Assembly (NCBI GenBank): GCA_965223155.1
Contig: CBDCVR010000013.1
Location: 992,001-1,056,000, forward strand
From: Candidatus Multivoradales bacterium
Lineage (GTDB): Bacteria > Acidobacteriota > Thermoanaerobaculia > Multivoradales > JAHEKO01
Length of the DNA: 64,000 bases
Reading direction: 5' to 3'
The position numbers and the translations under genes were made by a program. Below, piece after piece: positions 27,759-36,845 of this stretch; the first letter of the stretch is position 1; each line of letters opens with the position of its first letter. The notes beneath the pieces are model-generated. The model was given only the letters and a program-made list of their open reading frames with translations, was not told the origin of the DNA and ran no database searches.

Positions 27759-28757
27759 CTAGCCTCCCAGCGCGCGGGCCGGGCCGCTGGATGATCCGGA
27801 AGAGGGAACGAGCCTGCGAAACAATCGGGCTCGGTGCCGGCGGACCTCGGACGGGGACCAGCCGAAGGTCCGCCGGAAGTCGTAGGCGAAGTGACTCGGG
27901 CTCGAATAGCCATGCCTCGAACTCAGCGTCCTGAGCTCCTCGGTGGTCTCCAGAACCCCGGTCAGAGCTTTCCGCAACCGGAGCCGCCGGCGCGCTAGCG
28001 ACAGCGACAAACCGGTTTCGGCGCTAAAGCATCGCGACAGGTGCGACGGCGAGCAGCCCAGATGGCGCGCCATCGCCCGAAGCCCCGGCGAGCCTTCCGG
28101 CTGAACCGCCAGCAGTCGCCGGGCGCCAAGCGCCACGCGACGCTGGCCGCCGGACCGCCTACGGCCGAAAACCGCGGAACGAGGCGATGCCAGCGCCCGC
28201 GCAACGGCCCGTTCCGCCAGCGTCAGAACCAGACGCTCCAGCCGCAGAGCATCGAACGGTGCTCGACCCTCCGCGAGCTCGCCCAGCACCACCCGGGTAA
28301 CGAGAAACTCCAAGTCCGAGCACGCGGTGCGGCGAAAGAAGAAGGGCCGCTTCGGATCCACCGCCAACTCCCGTTCTGGACTGTCGACCAGCTCGGTGAA
28401 GATCTCAGGCCGTAACGACATCCACAGAACCGAGCCTCCGTACTCGAGATTCTCGACGACCGTCACGGGCTCGCCCGGATTGACGAAGACCAGATCGTTG
28501 CGATCGGCCACCAGCTCGGACTCCGCGCCCAGCGCCACCACCAAGCTGGTATCGGCGAGCATCAAGTACGGATCCCCTCGCCCGCATTCGAGCTGCCGTC
28601 CGAGCAGCGTCTCGCCCACGGGCACGAGCCCGATTTGGACCGCGTGCGACTCGAACAGAACCCGACGGGGCGGCGGTCCAGAATCCCGACAAGAAGCCTG
28701 CTTCTCGCCATCGTTTCCGAACCGTTCGGCCACCAGATGAAGCTCTACTAGCGACAT
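27759..28757 (-). CDS. AraC family transcriptional regulator
   Basis: C-terminal MARHLGCSPSHLSRCF..RLRKA..GYSSPSHFAYDFRRTFGWSPSE; divergent from the TonB receptor; start uncertain. Confidence 0.85.
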   Translation of the reverse strand: MSLVELHLVAERFGNDGEKQASCRDSGPPPRRVLFESHAVQIGLVPVGETLLGRQLECGRGDPYLMLADTSLVVALGAESELVADRNDLVFVNPGEPVTVVENLEYGGSVLWMSLRPEIFTELVDSPERELAVDPKRPFFFRRTACSDLEFLVTRVVLGELAEGRAPFDALRLERLVLTLAERAVARALASPRSAVFGRRRSGGQRRVALGARRLLAVQPEGSPGLRAMARHLGCSPSHLSRCFSAETGLSLSLARRRLRLRKALTGVLETTEELRTLSSRHGYSSPSHFAYDFRRTFGWSPSEVRRHRARLFRRLVPSSGSSSGPARALGG

Positions 28758-28989
28758 TCTCGGAGTCTGGTTTCGCAAGGAACGGGCCAGCGCTCAGGAT
28801 CAAGAACTCGACAGCCAGCGGGCTCCAAAGCTCTGAATCTTGAGCATGCGCTCGACACCGTTCCAAGCCCTTGAACGGCGTCCTCTTCAAGACGATGAAC
28901 GGCGGTTCCGCTCGGCATCGGACCTCGTCCCGGCTCCAACCTTTAGACGCAAGCCGAAAAACGAGCCCATTGCACCGGCTCCGAGACGG

Positions 28990-29005
28990 TGGCAATCGCC
29001 TTGCG
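28990..29005 (+). promoter_or_regulatory. Possible sigma54 (-24/-12) promoter for the TonB receptor
   Basis: TGGCAATCGCCTTGCG; GG-N10-GC spacing, close to TGGCAC-N5-TTGC. Confidence 0.5.
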
Positions 29006-29143
29006 ACTTCCAGGTGACGTGTTCGAAACGTCGAATCCTCTCCGACCCGCAGCGTTCCCGAGGCGAGCGTCGTCTCGCAACACCGGTGTCCTGGAATCGC
29101 GACGGTCGGATGGATTCACCCTCCCAACGAAAGGAGACACACC

Positions 29144-32110
29144 ATGAATCGAAGTGGATTCCGAAATTCGATCGCGCTGGCCGCGGTCGCGATCCTCGCG
29201 GCTGCCAGCCTCGCGGTCGCCCAGGAAGAGACCGGCAACGTCCACGTTGTGGTCAGTGATCCTGAAGGCAGTCGCCTGCCCGGGGTCTCGGCCGCTCTGG
29301 ATTGCGGCGCCGGCATCCAGACCCAGTTCACCGACGGACAGGGTCAGGCACGCTTCCTGGCCCTCGATCCGGGCAACTGCATGCTGACGCTGCAGCTCGA
29401 CGGCTTCGGCCCCCTCGAGTATCCGGCCGTCAACGTTCGCGTTGCCAGCAACACCAGCGTCAAGGCGGTTATGACGCCGGCCATCACCGAGACCATCACC
29501 GTGACTCGCGAGAGTCCTCTTCTGGACGAGAAAAAGATTCAGCAGGGCACGACGATCTCACAGATCGAGCTGGAGAAGATTCCCACCGCCCGCGATCCGT
29601 GGTCGGTGCTTTCCCAGACCCCGGGCGTCATGGTCGATCGCATCAACGTCGGCGGCAACGAGAGTGGCCAGCAGTCGACGTTCACCGGTCCCGGCGTGTC
29701 GGACGATGAGAACGCCTTCCTCGTGGATGGCGTCGAAGTCACCGACATGGCCGCGATCGGCGCATCCCCCGGCTACTACGACTTCGACCAGTTCACCGAG
29801 ATGCAGTTCTCGACGGGTGGCACCGACGTCACCAAGTCGGCGGCCGGCGTTTCGGTCAACCTGGTGACGAAGCGTGGCACCAACGAGTTCCGCGGTTCGG
29901 CCCGCATCCTGCGCACCGACTCGAACGCGTTCGACGTCTTCACCCAGACGATCAACGTGCTGGAGTCCGGCAACGCGGATCTGGCATCGAATCAGCCCAG
30001 CTTCGTCGGCAACAGCATTCGCCAGATCACGGAATACGGCCTCGAGGCCGGTGGTCCGGTGATGCGCGACAAGCTCTGGTTCTGGGGCTCGTTCGGCAAC
30101 AACGACATCCGCAACCGCACTGGCGGCACGACGCTGGCCGACGTCCAGAGCGACGACACGGTGCTCGAGAGCACCGCGTTCAAGTTCAACGCGTCGCTTA
30201 CGGGCTCGAACTCGGCTCAGGGTTCGTGGAACAACGGTGACAAGCAGAAGTTCGGCCGTGACGCCAGTCCCACGCGGCCCCAAGCGACCGCCTTCAACCA
30301 GCGCGGTCCGACGGCGATCCTCAAGTTTGAAGACACCCACGTCTTCAACTCGAATCTCTTCCTCGGCGGCACCTGGGCGAAGGTGGACGGCGGCTTTAGC
30401 CTCCTCTGCATCGCCTGCGCCGGCGCCGGCAGCCTCGAGGCCACGCCCGAGGCCACCTGGAACGCCGACGGGGTCTGGCAGAACAGCTTCCTCTCCGGCG
30501 GCAACAGCCGGCCCTCCGAGGAGATCAAGATCGACGGCAACTACTTCTTCAACACCGGCTCGACCAACCACGAGATCAAGTTCGGCGCTCGCGAACGGCA
30601 GTTCGACACGATCAGCCCGTTCGCGTGGCCCGGCCGCGACGTGTTTCACGTCGACCTCGGTCTCTTCGGCGTTCCCGGCAACATCGAGTACGTGGTCGCC
30701 CATCGCGGCTTCACGCCGCCCGTGTCCCAGGAGTACACCTCGCTGTGGGCACAGGACACGATCAGCGCCGGTGACTGGACGGTCAACGTCGGTCTGCGCT
30801 TGGACCAGCAGGAGGGCTTCAACGAGGCCTTCGCGGTCGACGCGAATCCGGCCTTTCCGGACATCCTGCCGGCGGTGTCGATCAACGGCATCGACCCGGG
30901 CTTTTCGTGGGAGACCGTCTCCCCTCGCGTCGGCGTGACCTACGCTCTGGGCGAGGAGAACAAGACGCTTCTGCGCGCGAGCTTCGCTCAGTTCCCCGAG
31001 CAGCTCGAGACCAGCGACATCCAGCATGTCAATCCGCTCGGCTTCGCCTACGCCTACATGGTGTTCGAGGACGCCAACGGCGACCTCCTCTACCAAGAGG
31101 ACGAAACCGTACTGGGTCTCGACGGCGCGACCAACTTCGACCCATCCAACCCCGGGTCGGCGGTCAGCCCGAACAAGATCCAGGACGGTCTCGACGCTCC
31201 TCTCACGGACGAGATCCTGCTGTCGGTCGAGCACGCGTTCCTGCCCGAGTTCGTGGCCGGATTCAACGTCACACTGCGCAACACCAGCGACCTGCTGTCC
31301 CTGGAGCGCGAGATGATCGTCGATCCGGTGACCGGTCAGACCCGCGTCGCCACGGCGGCCGATTTCGCCCAAGACGGCACAGTCAGCGGTACGCTGCCCG
31401 ACGGCTCGACCTACAACGAGCCGGTCTTCGCCATTGCCTGCGGCAGTGCCTGCCGCACCGGCGGAACGCTGCTCGAGAACACCGATCGGGACATCGAGTA
31501 CCAGGGATACGGCGTCAACTTCATCAAGCGCCTGTCCAACCGCTGGATGGTCCGTGGTTACTTCAACTACGGCGACGCCGAGTACAAGCTGGGTAGCGCC
31601 TATGTCGCCAACGCCGATCCCAACAATGCCGAGGGTGGGTTTGACGACCAAGGTGGTCTGTTTGCGGTCCAGGCTGCCGGTTCCGGTGCCAAGCAGGACG
31701 TGTTCCTCCAGAGCACGTACCAGTGGAACCTGAACGGCATGTACCAGGTCGCTCCCGACCGTCCGTGGGGCTTCAACGTCGCGGCCAATCTCTTTGGTCG
31801 TGAAGGTACCCCGCTGCCGTACTACCACCGGGCTCGCCAGTCCGATGGCATCCGGCGCGACATCCAGGTCACGAGCGGTGTCGACTCGTTCCGTTCGGAC
31901 GACGTCAACACCGTCGATCTGCGGCTCGAGAAGGAGTTCGCAGCGACCGGGAACGTCGGGTTCACGGTGAGTCTCGACGCGTTCAACCTGCTCGACGAGG
32001 GCTTTGAGTTGCAGCGCCGTCGCCAGACGAATACCGGCAACTTCGACTGGGTCACCGAGACTCTGTCGCCACGTATCTTCCGTCTGGGCGTCCGCCTGAA
32101 CTGGCGGTAA
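29144..32110 (+). CDS. TonB-dependent receptor, Oar-like, with N-terminal carboxypeptidase-regulatory-like domain
   Basis: AAGGAG RBS; signal peptide; plug motifs IPTARDPW..PGV and VNLVTKRGTNEFRGS; WAQDT..WTVNVGLR; C-terminal PRIFRLGVRLNW. Confidence 0.92.
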   Translation: MNRSGFRNSIALAAVAILAAASLAVAQEETGNVHVVVSDPEGSRLPGVSAALDCGAGIQTQFTDGQGQARFLALDPGNCMLTLQLDGFGPLEYPAVNVRVASNTSVKAVMTPAITETITVTRESPLLDEKKIQQGTTISQIELEKIPTARDPWSVLSQTPGVMVDRINVGGNESGQQSTFTGPGVSDDENAFLVDGVEVTDMAAIGASPGYYDFDQFTEMQFSTGGTDVTKSAAGVSVNLVTKRGTNEFRGSARILRTDSNAFDVFTQTINVLESGNADLASNQPSFVGNSIRQITEYGLEAGGPVMRDKLWFWGSFGNNDIRNRTGGTTLADVQSDDTVLESTAFKFNASLTGSNSAQGSWNNGDKQKFGRDASPTRPQATAFNQRGPTAILKFEDTHVFNSNLFLGGTWAKVDGGFSLLCIACAGAGSLEATPEATWNADGVWQNSFLSGGNSRPSEEIKIDGNYFFNTGSTNHEIKFGARERQFDTISPFAWPGRDVFHVDLGLFGVPGNIEYVVAHRGFTPPVSQEYTSLWAQDTISAGDWTVNVGLRLDQQEGFNEAFAVDANPAFPDILPAVSINGIDPGFSWETVSPRVGVTYALGEENKTLLRASFAQFPEQLETSDIQHVNPLGFAYAYMVFEDANGDLLYQEDETVLGLDGATNFDPSNPGSAVSPNKIQDGLDAPLTDEILLSVEHAFLPEFVAGFNVTLRNTSDLLSLEREMIVDPVTGQTRVATAADFAQDGTVSGTLPDGSTYNEPVFAIACGSACRTGGTLLENTDRDIEYQGYGVNFIKRLSNRWMVRGYFNYGDAEYKLGSAYVANADPNNAEGGFDDQGGLFAVQAAGSGAKQDVFLQSTYQWNLNGMYQVAPDRPWGFNVAANLFGREGTPLPYYHRARQSDGIRRDIQVTSGVDSFRSDDVNTVDLRLEKEFAATGNVGFTVSLDAFNLLDEGFELQRRRQTNTGNFDWVTETLSPRIFRLGVRLNWR

Positions 32111-32133
32111 GCCGAACCTCAATCCTGAGGTCC

Positions 32134-32165
32134 AGGGCCGGGGGGTAACCCCCGGCCCTTTTTCT
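32134..32165 (+). terminator. Rho-independent terminator
   Basis: AGGGCCGGGGG-GTAA-CCCCCGGCCCT (11-bp stem) followed by TTTTCT. Confidence 0.9.
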
Positions 32166-32671
32166 TGCCTAGCCATCGGACGGGACAGACGCGAACGTTG
32201 CCCGGACCTTCGGCCGGCAGGAACGCCGGAGGACGGCGGCCGGCGGGAGCGCCGGGGGACGGCGGCCGCTAGGAGGCTTGCGAGGACTCGGCGTCCGCCT
32301 GCACGCGGCTACGCGCAGACCACTGAGGGTTCCCGAACCTTGGTCCCGAGCGCTTGCCGCGAGCCCCCCGGACGTCCTGCCGGCCTCGAGCCTGAAGCGA
32401 CCTGGCGTGATTGGCTTGGAACGACTGACAAGAAGGCTCCCCCCGCGAGGCGGCAGAGCTGAGGCTGAGGAGCGGGCGGTGGTTGTGCGGGGCTCGGACC
32501 GAGCGCCCAGAACCACGAACGGAGGCCCTCTCGAACCGGCGCGAAGGTCGGCGCAGGGCCGCGTCCACACTCCAGAGGCCTCCCAGCGCGGCCCGTCCCG
32601 CACGGCACCGCCCGCTCCCAGCCGACAACGAGGCGGGTGCTGGCATGGCTTGGGAGTATCCTGTCGCTTCG

Positions 32672-33556
32672 ATGCGCTACCTCAAGACCGTCTCGCTTCT
32701 GGCCGCCGCCAGCGCGTTCTACCTCTTGATCGCGGGCTCCCAGGTCAATTCCTGGCAGGCGGCGCTCTCGGTGCCGGACTGGCCACTGTCGTACGGACAC
32801 CTCCTGGCCCCTTCCTGGCCTGGCAACCTGTTCTACGAACAGCACCACCGAGCCACGGCGGCTTCGACGGTCGTGCTCTTTGCGCTGGTGCTGGTCGGAT
32901 TGGCCCGGCGGCGGGAGCTGGCCGCCGCCCGGCGGCTCGGCTGGTGGGCAGCAGCAGCGCTGGCCGCTCAGACCCTGATGGGAGGCTTGATCGTTCTGAA
33001 GCTCAATCCACCGTGGCTCGGTGCCAGCCACGTGGTCCTCGCCATCGTCACGGTCGTCTTGATCGCGGTAACGGCCCTGCTCGTCTGGAGAGATCCGGTT
33101 CGAGAGGATCTTCCGGAGCCGCGGGACACCGGTCTCGAGCGCATCGAGCGAAGGGCTGCGCTCGGACTCGGCCTGCTCGGACTCCAGATCGCTCTCGGGT
33201 CGCTCGCCCGCCACCCCCCCGCCGGCGAGCTGGCGTTCATCGCGACCTTGCTCGCTCATCTCTTCGTGGGACTCGTCCTGATCGTCTGGACCTCGCTTGT
33301 GGGCCTGTCGGCGGGCCGCAGCCGGCGCATGGGCAGAGCTCGGGCTTGGGGCTGGGTGCTCGTGCTCGTCGCCGCACTCCAGCTCGCGGTCGGCGCTTGG
33401 GTGTTCGTGGTCGCCCCCGAGCCGTTCGCCGAGAGCTGGCCGCCGCCGTCCGGATTCCCGGCAGCCCACGCCCTTCACATCGTGCTGGCGGCGGCGCTCG
33501 CCACCGCGCTGGTCGCCGTCCGGATCGAGAGCCGCCAGCGGACTAGGGCGTGTTAA
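32672..33556 (+). CDS. ctaA: COX15/CtaA (heme A synthase)-like membrane protein; last codons supplied by the IS end
   Basis: G..V....AALSVPDWPLSYG..EQHHR plus three further helix His; about 8 TM; lacks the Cys pair. Start 32645 or 32672. Confidence 0.7.
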   Translation: MRYLKTVSLLAAASAFYLLIAGSQVNSWQAALSVPDWPLSYGHLLAPSWPGNLFYEQHHRATAASTVVLFALVLVGLARRRELAAARRLGWWAAAALAAQTLMGGLIVLKLNPPWLGASHVVLAIVTVVLIAVTALLVWRDPVREDLPEPRDTGLERIERRAALGLGLLGLQIALGSLARHPPAGELAFIATLLAHLFVGLVLIVWTSLVGLSAGRSRRMGRARAWGWVLVLVAALQLAVGAWVFVVAPEPFAESWPPPSGFPAAHALHIVLAAALATALVAVRIESRQRTRAC

Positions 33557-34359
33557 CACTGTCGCAGTGCATCAGCGATGAGGGCGAAATGGATGAAGGC
33601 GATGTACATGACGTCGAGCTTCTCGAATCTGGAAAAGATGCGCCGGTAGCCTTTGAGCCGGCGAAAGAGCCGTTCGATCTCGTTGCGACGTTTGTAGAGG
33701 AGCCGGTCGTAGGCCCAGGGCCGAAGGCGAGTGCTCAAGGGTGGCACGACAGGGGTATAGCCGAGATTCAGAGCGAGTTGTCGGGTTTCGTTGCCTTCGT
33801 AGGCTCGGTCCATGACAAGCGCGATCGGTTGCTTCGGTCGGCCCAGGTCTTTCAGCAAGCATCGGCCGACGGGCGCATCGTGCGCTTGGCCGGGCGAGAG
33901 GCAGAAGGTGATGGCTGTTCGAGCATCTGCGGCAACCATATGAATCTTGGTGGTCCATCCACCGCGGGACTTTCCAATGGCCTGGGGGCCGTTTTTTTTA
34001 ATGCTCCCGTACCGTCGGGGTGAACCCGCACGATCGTGCTGTCAAGTGACACGGCCTCGATCTTGACTCGCACGATCTGCTCCTCTTGGAGCCGCGCGAA
34101 CACCCGATCCAACACGCCGTTCTTGGACCAACGGTTCATGCGAGTGTAGATCGTGTGCCAATTCCCGAATCGTTTCGGGAGCCCGCGCCACTTGCAGCCG
34201 TGTTCGGCAACGTAGAGAATTGCGTTCAGCACTTGAACATTCGGCACGCTGACGTTGCCTCGCTGCACTGGAAAGCAATCTGCAATGCGCTCGTACTGTT
34301 TCTCCGTGATTTCCATGCACGGAGCTTATACGATCCTAACCCTTAAGTGTTAACAGGCC
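33547..34359 (-). mobile_element. IS5-family insertion sequence (IS427-like subgroup), 813 bp, apparently intact
   Basis: 14-bp TIRs GGCGTGTTAACACT / AGTGTTAACAGGCC (13/14 match); flanking CTAG duplication (33543-33546, 34360-34363); lower GC than the flanks. Confidence 0.93.
33553..34316 (-). CDS. IS5 transposase, two ORFs joined by a programmed -1 frameshift
   Basis: OrfA: GCKWRGLP.RFGNWHTIYTR..SLDSTIV. OrfB: GKSRGGWTTKIH..DRAY..YKRRNEIERLFRRLKGYRRIFSRFEKL. A8 slippery run at 33992-33999. Confidence 0.92.
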
Positions 34360-35955
34360 CTAGCCGCCGAGAGCCCGCGCCATGAGGTTCCGCCTGGCGA
34401 TCGACGAAGCGGTCAGATAGCCCGACATCAAGGCTCCTACCACCCCACAGGTGGTCATGTCCTGGCCGGTCAGGTAGAGACCGCGGATCGGGGTCTCGGG
34501 CCGGAGCGTCCGGTCCGCGAAGCGCTCCGGTGTGTGCTCCAGGCCGTAGATCTCACCCCGCGCGTAGCCGGCGAAGTGGCGCGTGGAAAGCGGCGTTGAC
34601 ACTTCCATGTAGTCGATCTTGTCCCGGACTCCGGGCAAGGCGCCGTCGAGCCGATCCAGCATCCGGGCGGCAAGGGCCGCCTTGAGCTCTTCGTAGTCTG
34701 TGCCCCGCTCGCGCCACGGGGTCCCGCTCCAGCGCTCGAAGCGCTCCCAGGGAGCCAGGGTAATGAGCTCTATGGTGGCTCGGCCCGGATACTTGGCTTC
34801 GAACTCGGGGTCCTTGGCCGACGGGAACGAGGCGTAGACCAGCGGCAGCGGCGCCTCAGGATCCGCGACGAAGGCCGCGACCGAAGCGTCGTGGTCCGGC
34901 CCCGGATAGATCCAGAGGTTGTGCTTGGGCAGCCCCAGCTCGGCAGCGGTGTGGCGGAATCCCAGGTAGAGGCAGAGATGCCCAACGGAGGGCGGCCGTT
35001 GTTCCGCCCGCCGATCGAGGCCGAAGCCGGCCGCGGTCTCCGCATCCAGGAGAGACCGGTAGGTCGCGTGGACGCCGGCATCGCTGATGACGATCGGGGC
35101 ATGAAGCTCGCGCCCGTCGGTCATGCGAACGCCCACGGCACGGCGACCCTGAACCAGGACCCGCTCGACCTCGGCCTGGTAGAAGACCTCGCCGCCCGCT
35201 TGCTGGATGACGGGTGCGATAGCGGCGGCGATCCGGGACGACCCGCCCACCGGGTAGTAGCCCCCGTAGAGATAGTGCTTGGCCAGCATCGCCTGCATGG
35301 CGAACGAGCTCTGGGCCGGCGGCAGGCCGTAGTCGCCGAACTGGCCGGTCAGCACACCTTGGAGCTCGGCGCCGGCTCCCAGCTCGTCGAGCACCGTGCG
35401 AGTCGTACGCCCGGCCCAACGCAGGAACGGAGCCCGGAGGAAAGGCCCGGCGAGCCGCGCCACCAGCGGCGGCAGCGCCTTCTCGGCAAAGAACCGGTTC
35501 GAGCTCCGGGCGACCTGATCCATCAGCTCGAGATAGCGGTCGACGGCGCCAGTCTCCCGCGGAAAGTAGCCGTGCAGCCGGTCGCGGAAGGCGTCGCGGC
35601 CGGACACTAGATCGTACGTTCGCTCCCCGAGCAAGATGCGGTCGTAGAGCTCGCCCATCGGCGCCCATTCGAGGCTGCCGTCGGTAACCCAGTTGAGTAA
35701 CCGAAGCGTGGGCGACTTGGTGCTCCCCATGCCACCGACGTAGTGGACGCCGACGTCCCACTCGTAGCCGCGACGCCGGTAGACGTGGGTAAAGCCTCCC
35801 GGCATGTAGTGTCGCTCCAGCACCGCGACCCGCTTGCCGAGAGCCCGGCCCAGCACCGCCGCCGAAGCCAGGCCGCCCACACCGGAGCCGATGACCAGGA
35901 CGTCGAACTCCCGGTCGGGTGGCTTCTTGCGATAGCTCCTGCCGACTCGGATCAT
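34360..35955 (-). CDS. FAD-dependent oxidoreductase, phytoene desaturase / retinol saturase-like
   Basis: VIGSGVGG..LERH..GG..DVGVHY; STPLSTRHF..GEIYG..GLYLTGQD. Confidence 0.88.
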   Translation of the reverse strand: MIRVGRSYRKKPPDREFDVLVIGSGVGGLASAAVLGRALGKRVAVLERHYMPGGFTHVYRRRGYEWDVGVHYVGGMGSTKSPTLRLLNWVTDGSLEWAPMGELYDRILLGERTYDLVSGRDAFRDRLHGYFPRETGAVDRYLELMDQVARSSNRFFAEKALPPLVARLAGPFLRAPFLRWAGRTTRTVLDELGAGAELQGVLTGQFGDYGLPPAQSSFAMQAMLAKHYLYGGYYPVGGSSRIAAAIAPVIQQAGGEVFYQAEVERVLVQGRRAVGVRMTDGRELHAPIVISDAGVHATYRSLLDAETAAGFGLDRRAEQRPPSVGHLCLYLGFRHTAAELGLPKHNLWIYPGPDHDASVAAFVADPEAPLPLVYASFPSAKDPEFEAKYPGRATIELITLAPWERFERWSGTPWRERGTDYEELKAALAARMLDRLDGALPGVRDKIDYMEVSTPLSTRHFAGYARGEIYGLEHTPERFADRTLRPETPIRGLYLTGQDMTTCGVVGALMSGYLTASSIARRNLMARALGG

Positions 35956-35964
35956 GGCTCGATC

Positions 35965-36774
35965 TTACCGATCTCGCAGGGCGTGCCGGCAGATCTCGAG
36001 ATTGATCGGAGTGTCGACGTCGAGACCCAGCTCGGGATCCGGCACCGTCAGAACTCTGGCCCGGATCCGGTAGCGGCGCCACAGGGCGCGCTCCAGACTC
36101 GGCACGGTCAGGCGTCCCAAGAGGTACCGGACCAGCAGTCCGATGCCGATGAGGCGGGCCTGACGAAGAGCGCTCTTCCGCTGCTCGGTCAGCGCGGCCA
36201 GGGACTCGCGAACCCGATCTGCCCGGCGCACGTCGAACACTCCGAAGTCGGCCGCGACGAACTCCCCTTCAGCCAGCCGCAGCCAGCTCTCGGAGACATC
36301 CGGGTAGCGGGACTCGAGGATCGCACGTGGCACCAGCCCGGCACAGACGTCGATCTCGGCGCCGGCTTCTTCGACCCGATCCAGAAAAGCTCGGAGCATC
36401 TCTCCGGTGACGAGAGGAATGTCCGACCAGCAGAACGCCACCCGCCGCGCCTCGGGATCGAGCTCCCGTACCGTGTCGATGGCCGCGAACAGATTTCCGG
36501 CAAGCGAGGTGTCGTGGCCAGTGGCGCTAGTAGAGCCAGCGGAGGCAGGCGAGCCGGCCACGGTCAGACCGCGCTCGAAGACCAGACCTTCGGACGAACC
36601 GAGCCCGGCCAGAACCACATGATCGATACGGCCGGAAGCCGCGAGAGCGTCCAGTACCCACTGCGCCATCGGCCGGCCCTCGAGCGGCAGCAACGCCTTC
36701 GGGAGACCCTGCGTTTCCTGAAAAAGCGGGGTACCGGGGACCGGAATCCCGCCGGCTAGAACAAGACAATGCAC
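35965..36774 (-). CDS. Nucleotidyltransferase family protein (MobA/NTP_transf_3-like)
   Basis: LVLAGG..PKALLPLEGRPM..SDIPL..DVDTP. Confidence 0.8.
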   Translation of the reverse strand: MHCLVLAGGIPVPGTPLFQETQGLPKALLPLEGRPMAQWVLDALAASGRIDHVVLAGLGSSEGLVFERGLTVAGSPASAGSTSATGHDTSLAGNLFAAIDTVRELDPEARRVAFCWSDIPLVTGEMLRAFLDRVEEAGAEIDVCAGLVPRAILESRYPDVSESWLRLAEGEFVAADFGVFDVRRADRVRESLAALTEQRKSALRQARLIGIGLLVRYLLGRLTVPSLERALWRRYRIRARVLTVPDPELGLDVDTPINLEICRHALRDR

Positions 36775-36845
36775 CGTGGTTGAATACTAGGTGTTTCCGG
36801 CACGATTCCGGCAAACCTTTGTTCCCAACTACCGTATTAGTCTTC

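Noticed and set aside
29558-32176. 872-aa antisense ORF
   Set aside because: Mirror of the TonB receptor gene; no motifs.
33550-34023. 157-aa + strand ORF inside the IS
   Set aside because: Antisense to the transposase; no independent evidence of function.
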